Source: the human T2T-CHM13v2.0 reference genome, Homo sapiens. From it: a stretch of 64,000 nt of DNA. Of the stretch, positions 31,872 through 47,130 are shown in pieces (position 1 is the stretch's first letter; every line of letters begins with the position of its first letter). Both the position numbers and the translations under genes were made by a program. Under the pieces are notes generated by a model. The model was given only the letters and a program-made list of their open reading frames with translations, did not search any database and was not told the DNA's origin. The DNA is taken from assembly GCF_009914755.1 (NCBI RefSeq), contig NC_060926.1; one strand, 5' to 3'.

Positions 31872-34332
31872 TATTTACCTGTAACGGAACCATGACTGTC
31901 CTCCCAGTCAAATCCTTTGGTGCTTCCTACCACTCAGCATCTCATGCTGCTGTTGTCCTGCATGCTCCCCTTGCAAGACTAATAAAGAGCCAGGCTCTTT
32001 GGTTTCTTCAGATGGTTTGTCTCTGAAATATGCCAACCTGTCCTCTGAGGATCCTTCTCAGCGCCAGTCTTTTCTCTCCATGTGAAGAGCCCAGATCCAT
32101 ACTCTAAACTGGAAGCATCTAGGCTGGGATGCCTCTCTTTATGAAGCTGTCTTCCTCTGGTCCCTCTGGACAGACGGGAAAGCCAAAGGAATGAGATGAA
32201 GACGACACTGTAGTGTGAAAAACTGTACATCACTCTTTTGAGAGCTATACATGAGAAAAGAAGAGGAAGATGGAATAGCACCTGGGAAGATGGATAGCAT
32301 CACAGAAGGTTGTCTCTTAAGAATGGGGATATATTTCCCGATGACACGTTTAGCCATCATCTGCATATGGCAATCCTCATTTAGAGACCTTGGAGCCAGA
32401 CTGCCTCTCAAATCACATAAAAACAGAATTTTCTGTCTTTTTCTAAGTATAAGCCTTCCCTCTTTTAAAATTTGCCTGAGGCATCCCACTCACTAGCCCC
32501 CTCCTTAGCCACAACCACTTTTGCCCTGTGGTATAGTGTTTGGAGCTCATCATCCCTGTGTTTACTTCTACCTCATGGAAAAAACTTCTGGTAACATCAG
32601 TGAACATGGTAGAGGAAAGACGTCTAAAACTCCTCTCCTCCATAAAATCAACTAAAACACCGGCAAAAATGATCAGAATCAACTTTTCCAGAACTCTGGG
32701 ATTTAATCAAAGACTTGATACAAACCAGGGAATATTTATTCAAGGCAAAAAGCTGAATCTCAGTTTAAAAAAAAAAAAAAAAAAAAACAGACAAACAGTG
32801 AGCATTGTGGCATTTAACTTGTCCTAATCCCCATCCCTACCCCCAGCTCCAAAGTAGCCTTGAAAATCAACAGGTTACAATCAACGGGAAAAGCAGCATC
32901 CTGGCTGCCCCACTGGCAGGGGCGGAACAGGGCTAGAGCACCTTCAAAGTCTCATTCCCACAGAATTCCCATTAACTGGCCTCTCTGGTGGTCCCTAGAA
33001 GATCTCACTTACAGGGTTGTGTTTATTTGACGTAACTGGGAACTTGCCCAGTGGGAACAGCCTGGCAATTGTTAAACGTCACAGTGTTAAACATCACAGT
33101 GCTTGAGGAGGTGGGCAAAAGTTGAGGCAAACAAAAGACTAATTAAAAAGCTTAAAAAGAAAAACTGGAGAATGAGAGATGTCCACAGGCAGCTTCAAAA
33201 ACCTCAGACATATTCTTGAGAATCTAGATTGCCAGTTGCATGAATATGGGGGACACACACCCAGGAAAGACCTGAGAAGAACCTAAGATCTCACTGTTGG
33301 CTGACATTGAAGTTCTGGGCAAAGAGGAAGCAAAGGCTTAGGCAGAATTATCAATGGCCTGGTTGAGGGTTGAAGGAATACCCCAAAACACACAGAGCCC
33401 CTCAGCAATGACTGAGAGACTTTCCAGGCATTTAAGGATATCTCTGCCAATCATTAGTAAGCAATAACCTAACTGAGCAGAAACTTCAATGATTATGCAT
33501 GACAAAGAATATGGCCTTGAGAGAGTTCAGAAAGTCATGAACCTAATAACAATAAACAGCAAAAATAAACTCTGGAGAGAAGGGAAAATATGATTTCTAG
33601 CGTTGCCACATTATATTACTTAAAATGCCCAGTTGCCAATAAAAATTATGAGACATGCAAAGAAACAAAAAAGCATGGCAAACATACAGTAATAAAAACT
33701 CAGTCAGTAGAAACTGTCCCTGAGGAAGTCTAAACATTGCACTTATTAAACAAAAGCTTTAAGATACTATTTTAAATATGTTCAAAAAACTAAAAGGAAG
33801 CATATTTAAAGAACTTAAGGAAAGCATGAGAATGATATCATACCAAATATAATAGAAAAACTGTTAAAAGGACTAGATAGGATTTCTGGGAGCTGAAAAG
33901 CATAATACTTGAAATTAAAATATTCTCTAGAAGGGTCCAGCTACAAATCTGAGTAGACAAAAGAAAGAATCAGTGAACTTGAAAATTGTTCACCGAACTG
34001 TCAGTGAACAAAACTGAGAGAACTTGTTGCTAGCCGACCTGCCTGAAATGCTAAAGTGAGTCCTCCAGGATGAAAAGACACTAGAGCAGAACTCAAATAC
34101 ACATGAAGATGCAAAGAGTATTAAAGGATACTACATAGGTAAATATAAAAGAAAACATAAATGAGTTTTGTTTGTAACTTGTTTAAGAGACAATTGCATA
34201 AAACAGTAATTACATGTCTGTGTCAATGGGCATACAATATATTAAAATATAATTTGTATTACAAAAACATTACAAAGAAGGAGGAAATGGAGCTATACAA
34301 GAGCGAAGTTTTATCTATTGAAAGAAAACTGG

Positions 34333-34632
<300 letters not shown>

Positions 34633-35143
34633 AAAGAAAATTGGCATTAATCTGAACTAAACTGTTGTAAATTAAGATGTTAATTAGAATCTCCAGGGTG
34701 ATCATTTAGAAAATAACTCAAAAAATATTGTAATAAAAATGACAAAGAAATTAAAATAGTGCATTAGACAATATCTATTTAACAAAGAAGGTAGTAATGG
34801 AGAAATACAGGTATAAAAATGACATAAGACATATAAGAAAACACAAAGCAAAATGAGAGGTATAAATGCTACCTTACCAGTAATTATGTTAAATTATAAA
34901 TGGAATAAACATCTCAATTATTAAAGGGATATTTTGGCAGAATGGATACAATAAGATAACCCAATTATATACTTTCTTTAGGTGACATACTTAAGGTTCA
35001 AAGACACAAATAGGTTGAAAGAAAAAAGATGAAAAAATATACACCATGAAAACAGTAGCCAGAAGAGAATTTAAGGGCTATACTAATATTAGACAAATAG
35101 ATTTTAAGACAAAAATTGTTACTAGAGACAAAGAATGACATTT

Positions 35144-35362
35144 GGGCATTCAGCATGGTGGCTCACACCTGTGATCCCAACACAGGCATAGGGTGCCACA
35201 CATCTGTAGTCCTAGCTACTCAAAAGGCTGAGACAAGAGAATAGCTTGAACCCAGGAATTCAAGGCTGCAGTGAGCCATGATTGTGCCACCACACTCCAG
35301 CACAGGCAAAAAAGCAGACCCTATTTCTAAAAAAAAAAAAAATTAAAATTAAAAACATTTTT
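35144..35362 (+). mobile_element. Internally deleted AluJ
   Basis: About 40 bp of left-arm 5' end joined to a J-type right arm; TSD AAAGAATGACATTT at 35130-35143 and 35363-35376. Confidence 0.9.
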
Positions 35363-36428
35363 AAAGAATGACATTTCACAATGATAAAATGACAAACCCA
35401 TCATGATGATATAATAATTACAAACATATATGCACCTAACAACAGAGCCTCAAAATACATGAAGCAAAAGCTGACAGAATTGAAGAGTAAAATCATCAAT
35501 ACAAAAATAATATTTGGAGCCTTCAATATCCCACTTTCAATTATGAACAGAACAACTACACAGAAGGTCAATGAGGAAATAAAAGATTGAATAACACTTC
35601 AAACCAATTCAACAAAGAAGACATCTAAAGAACAGTACCCAACAACAGCAGAATTTATATTTTTCTCAAATGCACATGGAACATTCTCTAGTATGGATGA
35701 TATGTTAGGCCATAAAACAGTCCTAAATGAATTCAAGTGATTAAAATCACACAGTGTGTTCTCTGATGACAAGGAATGAAATTAGAAAATAATTAAAGAA
35801 GTCAATTTGGGGAATGTATAATTATGTGGAAATTTTTAAAACATACTTCGAAGTGACCAATGAGTCAAAGAAGAAATTACAAGAAAAGCAGGAAAATACT
35901 TTGAGATAGATGAAAACAAAAACACAACATACCAAAACATATGAGGTGCAGCTAAAGCAGTGCTTAGAAGGAATTTTACAGCTTTGAATTATCTACATTA
36001 AAATAAAGGAGAAAGCTCTCAAGTCAGTAATCTTCTACCTCAAGAAACTGAAAAAAGACGAGTAAAAACCCAAAGCAAAAAGAAGGAAGAAAATAATGGA
36101 ATTAGAGCAGAAATAAATGAAATAGAAAATAGAAAAACAACAGAAATTTTAAACATTGGTCCTTTGAAAAGATCAATAAAATTGACAAACTTTTAGCCTG
36201 AATGACCAGAAAAAAAAAAGAGAAGATTAAAATTACTAAAAGAAAGAAAGATGGAACATTACTACCAACCATACATAAATGGAAAAAAATTATAATACTA
36301 TGAACAAAGTATGTCCACAAATTAGATTACCTAGATGAAATGGACAAATTCCTAGAAACACATAACCTACTGACTTAAAAGGAAACAAAATCTGAACAGA
36401 CCTATAACAAGTAAATAAACTGAATTTA

Positions 36429-36789
<361 letters not shown>

Positions 36790-36806
36790 TCAATCATGTA
36801 TACATA

Positions 36807-38701
36807 CCCAAAATCTCCTTAAGCTGATAAGCAACTTCAGCAAAGTCTCAGGATACAAAATCAATGTGCAAAAATCACAAGCATTCTTATACACCAATAA
36901 CAGACAAACAGCGAGCCAAATCATGAGTGAACTCCCATTCACAACTGCTTCAAAGAGAATAAAATACCTAGGAATCCAACTTACAAGGGATGTGAAGGAC
37001 CTCTTCAAGGAGAACTACAAACCACTGCTCAAGGAAATAAAAGAGGATACAAACAAATGGAAGAACATTCCATGCTCGTGGGTAGGTAGAATCAATATCA
37101 TGAAAATGGCCATACTGCCCAAGGTAATTTATAGATTCAATGCCATCCCCATCAAGCTACCAATGACTTTCTTCACAGAATTGGAAAAAACTACTTTAAA
37201 GTTCATATGGAACCAAAAAAGAGCCCGCATCGCCAAGTCAATCCTAAGCCAAAAGAACAAAGCTGGAGGCATCATGCTACCTGACTTCAAACTATACTAC
37301 AAGGCTACAGTAACCAAAACAGCATGGTACTGGTACCAAAACAGAGATATAGGCCAATGGAACAGAACAGAGCCCTCAGAAATAATGCCGCATATCTACA
37401 ACTATCTGATCTTTGACAAACCTGAGAAAAACAAGCAATGGGGAAAGGATTCCCTATTTAATAAATGGTGCTGGGAAAACTGGCTAGCCATGTGTAGAAA
37501 GCTGAAACTGGATCCCTTCCTTACACCTTATACAAAAATTAATTCAAGACAGATTAAAGACTTAAATGTTAGACCTAAAACCATAAAAACCCTAGAAGAA
37601 AACCTAGGCAATATCATTCAGGACATAGGCATGGGCAAGGACTTCATGTCTAAAACACCAAAAGCAATGGCAACAAAAGCCAAAATTGACAAATGGGATC
37701 AAATTAAACCAAAGAGCTTCTGCACAGCAAAAGAAACTACCAGCAGAGTGAACAGGCAACCTACAGAATGGGAGAAAATTTTTGCAATCTACTCATCTAA
37801 GGGCTAATATCCAGAATCTACAAAGAACTCAAACAAATTTACAAGAAAAAAACAACCCCATCAACAAGTGGGCAAAGGATATGAACAGACACTTCTCAAA
37901 AGAAGACATTTATGCAGCCCAAAGACACATGAAAAAATGCTCATCATCACTGGCCATCAGAGAAATGCAAATCAAAACTACAATGAGATACCATCTCACA
38001 CCTGTTAGAAAGGCAATCATTAAAAAGTCAGGAAACAACAGGTGCTGGAGAGGATGTGGAGAAATAGGAACACTTTTACACTGTTGGTGGGACTGTAAGC
38101 TAGTTCAACCATTGTGGAAGTCAGTGTGGCGAATCCTCGGGGATCTAGAACTAGAAATACCATTTGACCTAGCCATCCCATTACTGGGTATATACCCAAA
38201 GGATTATAAATCATGATGTTATAAAGACACATGCACACATGTGTTTATTACGGCACTATTCACAATAGCAAAGACTTGGAACCAACCCAAATGTCCAACA
38301 ATGATAGACTGGATTAAGAAAATGTGGCAAATATACACCATGGAAAACTATGCAGCCATAAAAAATGATTTCATGTCCTTTGTAGGGACATGGATGAAGC
38401 TGGAAACCATCATTCTCAGCAAACTGTCACAAGGACAAAAAACCAAACACCGCATGTTCTCACTCATAGGTGGGAATTGAACAATGAGAACACATGGACA
38501 CAGGAAGGAAAACATCACACACCGGGGCCTGTTGTGGGGTGGGGGGAGGGGGGAGGGATAGCATTAGGAGATATACCTAATGTAAACGACGAGTTAATGG
38601 GTGCAGCACACCAACATGGCACATGTATACATATGTAACAAACCTGCACGTTGTGCACATGTACCCTAAAACTTAAAGTATAATAAAAAATAAAAAACAA
38701 A
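36807..38701 (+). mobile_element. 5'-truncated young L1PA (PA3/PA4-like): ORF2 C-terminal part plus 3' UTR
   Basis: The ORF track gives near-canonical ORF2p ([23 protein letters not shown]..., [18 protein letters not shown]); G-rich 3' UTR and A tail; exact 15-bp TSD AATCATGTATACATA at 36792-36806 and 38702-38716. Confidence 0.97.
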
Positions 38702-40659
38702 AATCATGTATACATAAATTAAAGTAATTCTTCACAAACTTTTCCAAAAAGTAGAATAAAATGAAATACTCCTCAACTTATTCTATAAAGCCAGTATTAC
38801 CCTGATTTACCCTGATACCAAAGCTAAACAAAGAAATCACAAGAAAACTAGAAAACAATCTCTCTTATATAGATGTCAAAATCCTCAACAAAATACTAAA
38901 AAGCCAAATCTAACAACATATTTTTTTAAAAAAAGGATTATATACCATGAACAAGTAGAATTTATCCCAGGATGTTAGGTTGAGTCAACACATGTAACTC
39001 AATCAATGTAATAATCTATATTAATATAATAGAAGACAAGCACATGATTATCTCAAAAGATGCAGAAAAAGCACTTGACAAAATCCAACACTTTTCATAG
39101 TAAAATCTCTCAACATCACTATTCCCTCCTAGGAATGGAAGGAGACTTCTTCAACCTGACGAAGGGCACCTATGAAAAAGCCACAGCTAACATCAAACTT
39201 AATGGTGAAAGACTGAAGACCTTACCCTAACATCAGGAACACTGGAAAAAATTCTCACACTTGCCACCTGTATTCAACATTGTAGTAAATGTTCTGGCCA
39301 CAGCAATTAGCAATAATAATAAAGTCATCCAGACTGCAAAGAAAAAAGAAAAACTCTTCACAGATAATATAATCACACATATTTTAAAAATCTGAAGAAA
39401 TACATGCACACATAATACTAGTACTAATAAAGAGGGTTCAGCAAGCTTGCAGGATAAAAAATATACAAAACCCAGTTGTATTTCTATACACTAGAAATGC
39501 ACACACAACCTAAAAATAAATTTAAAAAACAATTTGATTTACAATGTCAGCAAAAAAATAAAATACTTACAAAAACATTTAACAAAAGAAGTGTAAGACT
39601 TATACAATAAAAACATAAAGCATTGTTGAAAGACATTTTAAAAAACCTAAATAAGTGGAAGGATATTCTGTGTTCATGTACTGGAAGACTTACTTTTATT
39701 GTTATTAAGAGTTTAATACTTGCCAAATTGATCTACAGATTTAACATAATCCGTGTCAAAATCCCAGCTGGCTTTTTTGGAGAAATTGATAAGCTGATGT
39801 TAAAATTTATATGAGTATGTAGGGAATTCAAAATAGCTAAAACCAATCTTCATAAAGAACAAAGCTAGAGAACCTACCAATTTTAAAACTTAGTACAAAG
39901 TGACAGTAACCAAGGTACTGTAGTACTGTCATAAAAACAGACATGTACATCACTGGAATACAATTGAGAATCTAGAAATAAACCCTTACACTTATGGTCA
40001 ACTGATTTTTGACAAAGGGGCCAAGACAATTCAATGAGGAAAGAACAGTCTTTTCAACAAATGGTGTTGGGGCACTTGGGCATCCACATGCAAAATAATG
40101 AAGTTGAACCACTACTTCACATCGTACGTAATAATTAAAATAAATAAAAAACCTAAATGTAAGAGCCAAAACTATATAACTCTTAGAAGAAAACACAGGT
40201 GTAAATCTTTATGACCTTAGATTAGACAATAGTTTTTTCGATATGACGCCAAAAGTAAATGCAACCAAAGGAAAAAAGAAATTGGACTACATCAAAATTA
40301 TGAACTTTCGTGTTTCTAAGAACACTAAAAAGAAAGTGAAAGGACAATGGGTCTAATATCCAGAATATATGAAGAATTCTCACAACAACATAAAGAAAAA
40401 TAATCTAATTTTAAAATCAGCAAAGAATGTGTACAGACATTTCCACCAGAAAGACAGACAAATGCCAATAAGCACATGAAAAGATGCTCAACATCATTAG
40501 CCATCAGGAAAATGTAAATAAAAAGCACAATGGAATACCACTTCATACTTAGTAAGATGGTGATAATAAAAATTAATAACAAATGGTGGTGAAGATACAG
40601 AGAAATTGGAACTCTATACTGCTAGTAGGAAAATTAAATGGTACAAACTTAACCCTTTT

Positions 40660-41081
40660 TTCCTCCTCACCCCCACATCCAGCCACCAATATTACAAATT
40701 TTACCTGCAAAATATTTCTTTAATCTGCATTTGACTCTCCAAACTGAATTAGACCTCTCATCAGGATTAGAGTAAGAACCTCTTAACTGGTCTCCTTCCC
40801 TCCAAGGGTGTCTTTCTCAAATCCATTCTCCAGATAGCTGCTGCCATGACCTTTCAAAACATTCTCCTGCTCTACACGTTTCCAGGCTCCCCATGACCTA
40901 TAGGATGAAATCAAGATCCAACAGAAGTCCCAAGGCCCTCCATGGCGAAGAGGACTTCTCCCATCATCCTGACTCCTCCTTCGTGCTGGCTCTTCTGTCA
41001 ATGAGATTTTGCATTTTCATTTGAGAAACTTGGATCTGCTTGTAGTTCCCCTGTTGTCAACCGTTAATCACTCACTCACTG

Positions 41082-41149
<68 letters not shown>

Positions 41150-41515
41150 TTCTCTATGTCACAGAGGTGAAAACAAGCATCCATCTCCTTCCCTCTCCAT
41201 AATTTCCTGGATCATTCCTACTCAGCCCTTAAGCAGCCTCTCAAGGTTTACCACCTCGAGGTGGAAGGCCTTCCCAGGTCCTCTACAAATGAACCACTCA
41301 CAGGTGAATTAAGGGTTTCCACTTTATGCTTTTTAATAGCTCATACATATATCATTCATCATCATGCTTACTATATTGTATTTTAACACTCTGTGTCTCA
41401 TCTGCTAGTTTGAAAGTTCTGTAAGGGAAGAACTCATGTCATTCATCAAAACTTCCTGCGCAGGGCCCGACATAAGAAGGCACCCAATAAGTGTCATGCA
41501 GACTGAAGGAATAAA
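40660..41515 (+). mobile_element. L2 3' region
   Basis: CCTCTTAACTGGTCTCC, AATCCATTCTCCA, CCTATAGGATGAAATC and the tail GGCACCCAATAAGTG..TGAAGGAATAAA. Confidence 0.75.
41082..41147. repeat. (TC)n(CA)n microsatellite
   Basis: Directly visible. Confidence 0.97.
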
Positions 41516-41524
41516 CCATAACAC

Positions 41525-41945
41525 TTATGTGGCTATAGGTATCCTCAAATTGACTAAACAAAGAAACAAGAATTCACTGGTTAAGGCAATGAGCAAGTCC
41601 AAATAAGCCTCAGGCCCAGCTAGGTCCAGGTGCTTAAAAATACCATGAGGAAGCATTTTATAGTTATTCTGAGGCTCAGAAAAATATTTTTTTCTTAGTA
41701 TTTGAGCAAGCACTCTAAACCTGGGCCAAACTGACTTGCCCTTCCCAGAACCGATCACCAAAGCTCTGGTTAAAAGGCCTGGGTTGCGTGCCCACTTCTG
41801 AAGCTAAGGGCTAAGGTCAGTCTCACTCAAATATCACATAGGCAAGAATAGGGGAAGGGTGGTTAACAGAAGGAAAATAGAGATTTTCTTACCAGAAGAA
41901 GGTAGATGAAGGCTAGACAGGCAGCAACAATAGTTGTCTACCACA
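41525..41945 (-). mobile_element. MLT1J/K-like LTR
   Basis: End TTACCAGAAGAAGG..GCTAGACAGGCAGCAACAATAGTTGTCTACCACA. Confidence 0.6.
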
Positions 41946-42429
41946 GAATCTCTTAGGTTTTCTATATTGTATTTGTGCTCCTCTTGTTCTCTCGATCAGC
42001 TTATCAGCATTTTAGGACAACGCTTGCTCTTTCTTTGTAGTTACCTACAGATTCCTGCAAGCTGTTCTAAGCACGGTGGCCACCCACTGCAAGTAGTTGA
42101 GTAGCTGATGGGCAAGTCATCATTGACAGCCCCAGCAGCACCTGGCCAGGTCTCTCAGCCCATGTGCAAGGCAAGCATCACCGAGCAGGTGTAGGCTCTG
42201 GCTGGGAAATGTTGTTTTGCGGAGAGCTGAGTATTTATTTGGATTGATGACTCTCAGCGTTGCCAGATTTCAAATTTAAATCAAATATTTATTGGTGATA
42301 GGTGGCAAGGAAAACAGTATACTTTGGGGGTAATTATTAATGTAGGCCAGCTCATCTGTTATTGGAACAGCTGAATTTCAATCCCATAAACTGGGAACCC
42401 AAGCAAGAATAATCATGTTAATATGTCCT

Positions 42430-42620
42430 CACACTTACATAGTGCATTAGCATTTACAACATTTTCCCATATGTTATTCGTTTTGGCTTTAAATCACACA
42501 CCTGTGCAAGGTGAGATTTGTAATTCCCATTTTACAGATGAGAAATACGAGACTCCAGGTGTCAAGTGGTTTCTCTACAAGTGGCAAAGCAGGGCTAGAA
42601 CCCACATTGCTGATATCCAA
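42430..42620 (-). mobile_element. MIR SINE relic
   Basis: CCCATTTTACAGATGAGAAA core. Confidence 0.75.
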
Positions 42621-44220
42621 GGCATGACTGTTGCCAAGATATCACTCACCCCCTTTCCTTACAGCACACCTAAATCACAGAAATACTTCATGCACTTCAC
42701 ATGTATGTCTGACCTTCGTGAACTCTTCAGTGTCAACTTAGTTGAGGTCTTTTCAAGTTAGCATGCCATTTCATGAACATAATCTTATTTTATTTTGAAG
42801 ACCACCTATGAGATAGATATTACCCCTATTTTTTTTTTTTTGACAAGTGCTTCCAGATCAAGAATGTCCCTGTGAGTTGCCTGGAGAGGGGAGTCAAAGG
42901 TAGAAGGCATTGCCTCAAAAATATTTTACTCTGTCCAGCTTCCCTTGAGAGATCCAGACAACTGCCAAGCCCTGGTTGTTTCTGATTATTATTCAAATGC
43001 ACAGCATGGTTGTCACAGAAACTTTTCTCCTCAAGCACCCTCTCAAATGAGTCTGTCCTTTCATCTCAGATTAAGTCTTCAGCCATCATTCTCACAGATA
43101 ATTGTCTATTTGTGCAAGCCAAATTTGATTGTTTTCAATTTTCATCAGTCTTGCAGAAGAGGGGCCCCCACTTCATGGGGCGTCTGACCTTCATGAGCTC
43201 ATCAGTGTGAGCTGACAGTGCTTTTTCTCTAACCACTTAAGTTCCTTTTACATGTCAAGTGTCTCATTTGAAGATCTGTTTAACCTGACCAAGAATTTGA
43301 CATGAGTTCCTTGCTCTTGATAATGGCCAATCATTTCTCACCATCATGAGATCAAGCATGTCTCTTTACTATAGCTGTAGGACCAGGCAAACTGGCTGAC
43401 CTTGGATGTGTTTGGATGGGAAGATCAGCTGTCTTGCTGCAGACTCTGCCAAGACCATTCCTGAGTCAACATATAGCAAAGGAGGTCATTCTCCTTACTT
43501 CATATCACTTGTCACGTTAGCTTTTATATCACAGAATGCTAGGGTTGAAAAGGCCCAATCATAATCCAACATCTCCCACCTTTAGATGAAGAAACAAACT
43601 CCTCTTAAAGTAAGTGATGAAAAATTTGGCTGAAGGGTAAAAACACAACCTCCAAGATTATAGACAGGTTTCTTCTGTCTTAAATTCTCTTGGAAAATAA
43701 TATTTTGGAACATCTTTATCTACTTTGTGCTGTGGGTTCCCTGTCTCACACATGCTCACGCTACTTTACTAGTTCCACAACGTGTTTTAGTGATGTTCTC
43801 TATCATTTCAATGTGGTAGAAAGCTCTAGGCCTGGACTCATGAGACCTGGGTTCTAGTCCTGGCTCAGCCACACCTGACCTTGTGGAAGCCAGAAAGCCT
43901 GTATCAGCCTCCACTTCCAAGCTTCACGGAATTGTTGTGATATCAGATGAGGTCGTGCGTGCAGGTGGAAGACCCCACTGCAGGTGGAAGACTCCATCAC
44001 CACCAACACCACTTCTGGAGGATTGCTGTAGGCTGGGGAGGAAGGCACTGTGCCTGAGAATATGTTTGTTCCAAAGGTAAAGAAAAGTGATTTTTTTTTA
44101 AAGTCCAGGGTCTTTGATCATCTTTCTCTTTAGAGCAATCGACTTGGGACATAGTGGAAGATGAATAAAGAGCAGCTGGCTCTGTGCTGTCTCCACTTCC
44201 ACTTCTGTATGTATTTGTGG

Positions 44221-44221
<1 letters not shown>

Positions 44222-44254
<33 letters not shown>
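44222..44254. repeat. (GT)n microsatellite
   Basis: Directly visible. Confidence 0.95.
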
Positions 44255-46634
44255 CAGGCCGGAAGACCAGGAATGAGAAAGGGTTCTACTTTCACACAGA
44301 CAGAGGGATCCCCAAGGGACATAAGACCTTACAGTACACACGCCCACCCTGGACTATCCCTCAAATTCCTCCTCTCCCTCCCTTGATGCCGTTAGGGATG
44401 AAGTCCTGGGTATGAGGCATAATAAAAAGAGTGGATTCTGGGCTAAGAGCAACCCTGTGATATAGGGTATGAGTTTTAATTTTTAAAAAGGCAGAGGTTT
44501 TGTGTGTTGGACAACTGAAGAAGTTTCTCAGAAAGGGAATGAAGAAGACAACTCAAGCACAGGAAGTGAGGCTAGGTATCAGGGTGGACCTGAGAGGGCG
44601 CTGTGAGGGGAGTTTTATTATTTGGCTGATTTTTTCCTTGGACTATGGAAACAGCCAAAGCATGCATTGGTTCACCCTTTTTCCTCCAACTCTGTAATTA
44701 CCTTCAGCTATGGCTCTGAGCCATTCAGCCCTGTATGGAAGTGTGTTGGGGAGAAGAGGGACAGGGCAATGTAGGCAAGTGTGGCCTTCCCCAAGCCACT
44801 CCTGTACTGGAGCTGACCAGGCTGTCACGTTCTTACTCCATGTGGGATGGCAGCCCTCAAGCTCCAGGTGGTGACAGCAGGAAAGTGAGGTGGACCCATA
44901 GTGGAGCTGGGATGGAGAGGACACTCCCACCACAAGGAAGTCAATGTCTATGGGCAGTTCAGTGGATATTAGTCAAACCCCCTTTTTCTCCAAAGACACT
45001 AGGAAGGTGACCCTTGAAAGAGTAGAAGCTGACACAGGTGACAGGTATGTGACAGTGTTCTCTGTGAGCTACTAAGCCCAGGGTAGGTAAGAAAGATGAT
45101 CAGAGTTGCAGAGCTTTCCCTTCTGTGGCTCCCACTCCCCCCAGGTCTCCTGTGGTGCAATCTAATTATCAGGGAGCAGCCACCTGCTCCCAGGCCCCAG
45201 CCACAGCCCCTGCTCCCAGTTGTTCCCAAAGATGCTCTCCTGGTCCCCAGCAAGATGGAGGAAACTTGGCCTGATGTGACCACACAGATTACATCCCACA
45301 TTTTCCCCTTCCAGTCACTGGACATGGCCAGAGGACCTCCTGGCACTCTGCTCTTCTTATCTCAGGTGACCTTGCAGTTTCCCACTGCCTGGAACAACAG
45401 CACACATCAATTATAATAAAATAGCTCCTATTCCTGGGCTCCCCAGTGCCACCAGGCCCACTTGGGAGCAATAAACCATGTGCTCATCTGAGACAATCAC
45501 ATACTCCCTGTTGATTAACCTCTTCAAAACCCAAGCCTCTATTCCCCAGAGTAGAAAGCCTCCCCTCAGACTGCAAGCATGAGCCTCTCTAGCCCTTCTC
45601 TGTGCTCCCATCTTCAGCTTGGCAGACATAAATAAGGCCACCACCATGCCAAGAAGCCATCCTGGGTCAATGTCCCCTCTTCCAGAGGCACCATGGGATT
45701 TAGCTGAGGTCATGGTGCTGGGGCAAGGAGGGCTCCCACCCTTGTACTGTAGTAGGTGACCCACATCATCATCTTTCACAGGGAGTCAACAGATGATGTC
45801 TGAAGTTCCTAAGTCAAGAAATGGCTGTACTCACATTATTTAGTATGGAAATAAATAAACTCCAGCAGAACTAAAACCAGAGACAGCCATGAGTGGTCGT
45901 CTTCAAAGAGTAATACTTAGAAGAAGAGGTGAATAGCAGGGCACTGTTTTTCATTTTCAGCACTTGTGTATCATGCCAGTTTTTAACCATGTGTACTAAT
46001 TTCATTTTTTAGGCCAATTTAAACAAGAAGAAAAGTAAATAAAGGAAATGCAAATAAGTCAAAATACAATAAAACAAAATAACGAAAATATAATCGTGTG
46101 AATCGTAGATTCAGAGAATCGATAGAGCTGAAAAAAATCTAAAGAAACTCTTTTCCAGTTCGACCTCCAGTACTTATTTACATATGGGAAAAGCAGGCTC
46201 AGAAGAAGAGACATTACATGTCCAAGGTCTCGCAGGGGATTGTTTCTTATAATAATCTTATTTCAACAACACGGTCCTGCAGCAGTGGTTGAAGCCAGGG
46301 GGTAGAGCAGGGAAGAGCAAGGGCCAAAATCCTCCTCTTTCTGTGCCTTGAAGGTCACATGGGTCATAGTAGCAGAACTAATTGCCACTCTTGTAATGAC
46401 AGTCACTGTAGTTGCAGGCTGTGAGTGAGGGGTGGGATGTTGCTCTGGGGTGTCAGGGCTGTAGAAGCTGGGCTCATTGACTGATAAGGAGAGGAGTGCA
46501 AAGGGAAGCTTTGTATCTGGATTTCAAAGCCCATGGTTCAGCAGTACTCTGGTTCTGTGATCTTGGGGAAGCCACTTAATACATCTGGGCCTCATTCTCC
46601 TGATCCATAAAATAGGAATAAAGAAGAATACATA

Positions 46635-46940
<306 letters not shown>

Positions 46941-46957
46941 GGATAATACCTGCCTCA

Positions 46958-47089
46958 GGCTGCATGCAGTGGCTTACATCTGTAATCCTAGAATCCTAGC
47001 ACTTTGGGAGTCCGAGGCAGGAGGATCTCTTGAGTCCAGGAGTTCATGACCAGCCTAGGCAACATAGCGAGACCCTGTCTCTATTTCTT

Positions 47090-47127
<38 letters not shown>

Positions 47128-47130
47128 TTA
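46958..47130 (+). mobile_element. FLAM / AluJ left monomer with an A tail and (TA)n
   Basis: Single monomer GGATCTCTTGAGTCCAGGAGTTC..GCAACATAGCGAGACCCTGTCTCTA; ATAATACCT on both flanks. Confidence 0.88.

Noticed and set aside
33070-33099. 15-bp tandem duplication TGTTAAACRTCACAG
   Set aside because: A small slippage event inside the L1M 5' UTR with no further signal.
36807-38701. An active L1 or a subfamily-chimeric L1
   Set aside because: 5'-truncated with a frameshift near 37800 and a stop at 38216. Some positions looked younger than others, but I could not separate this from ordinary PA3/PA4 variation without an alignment.
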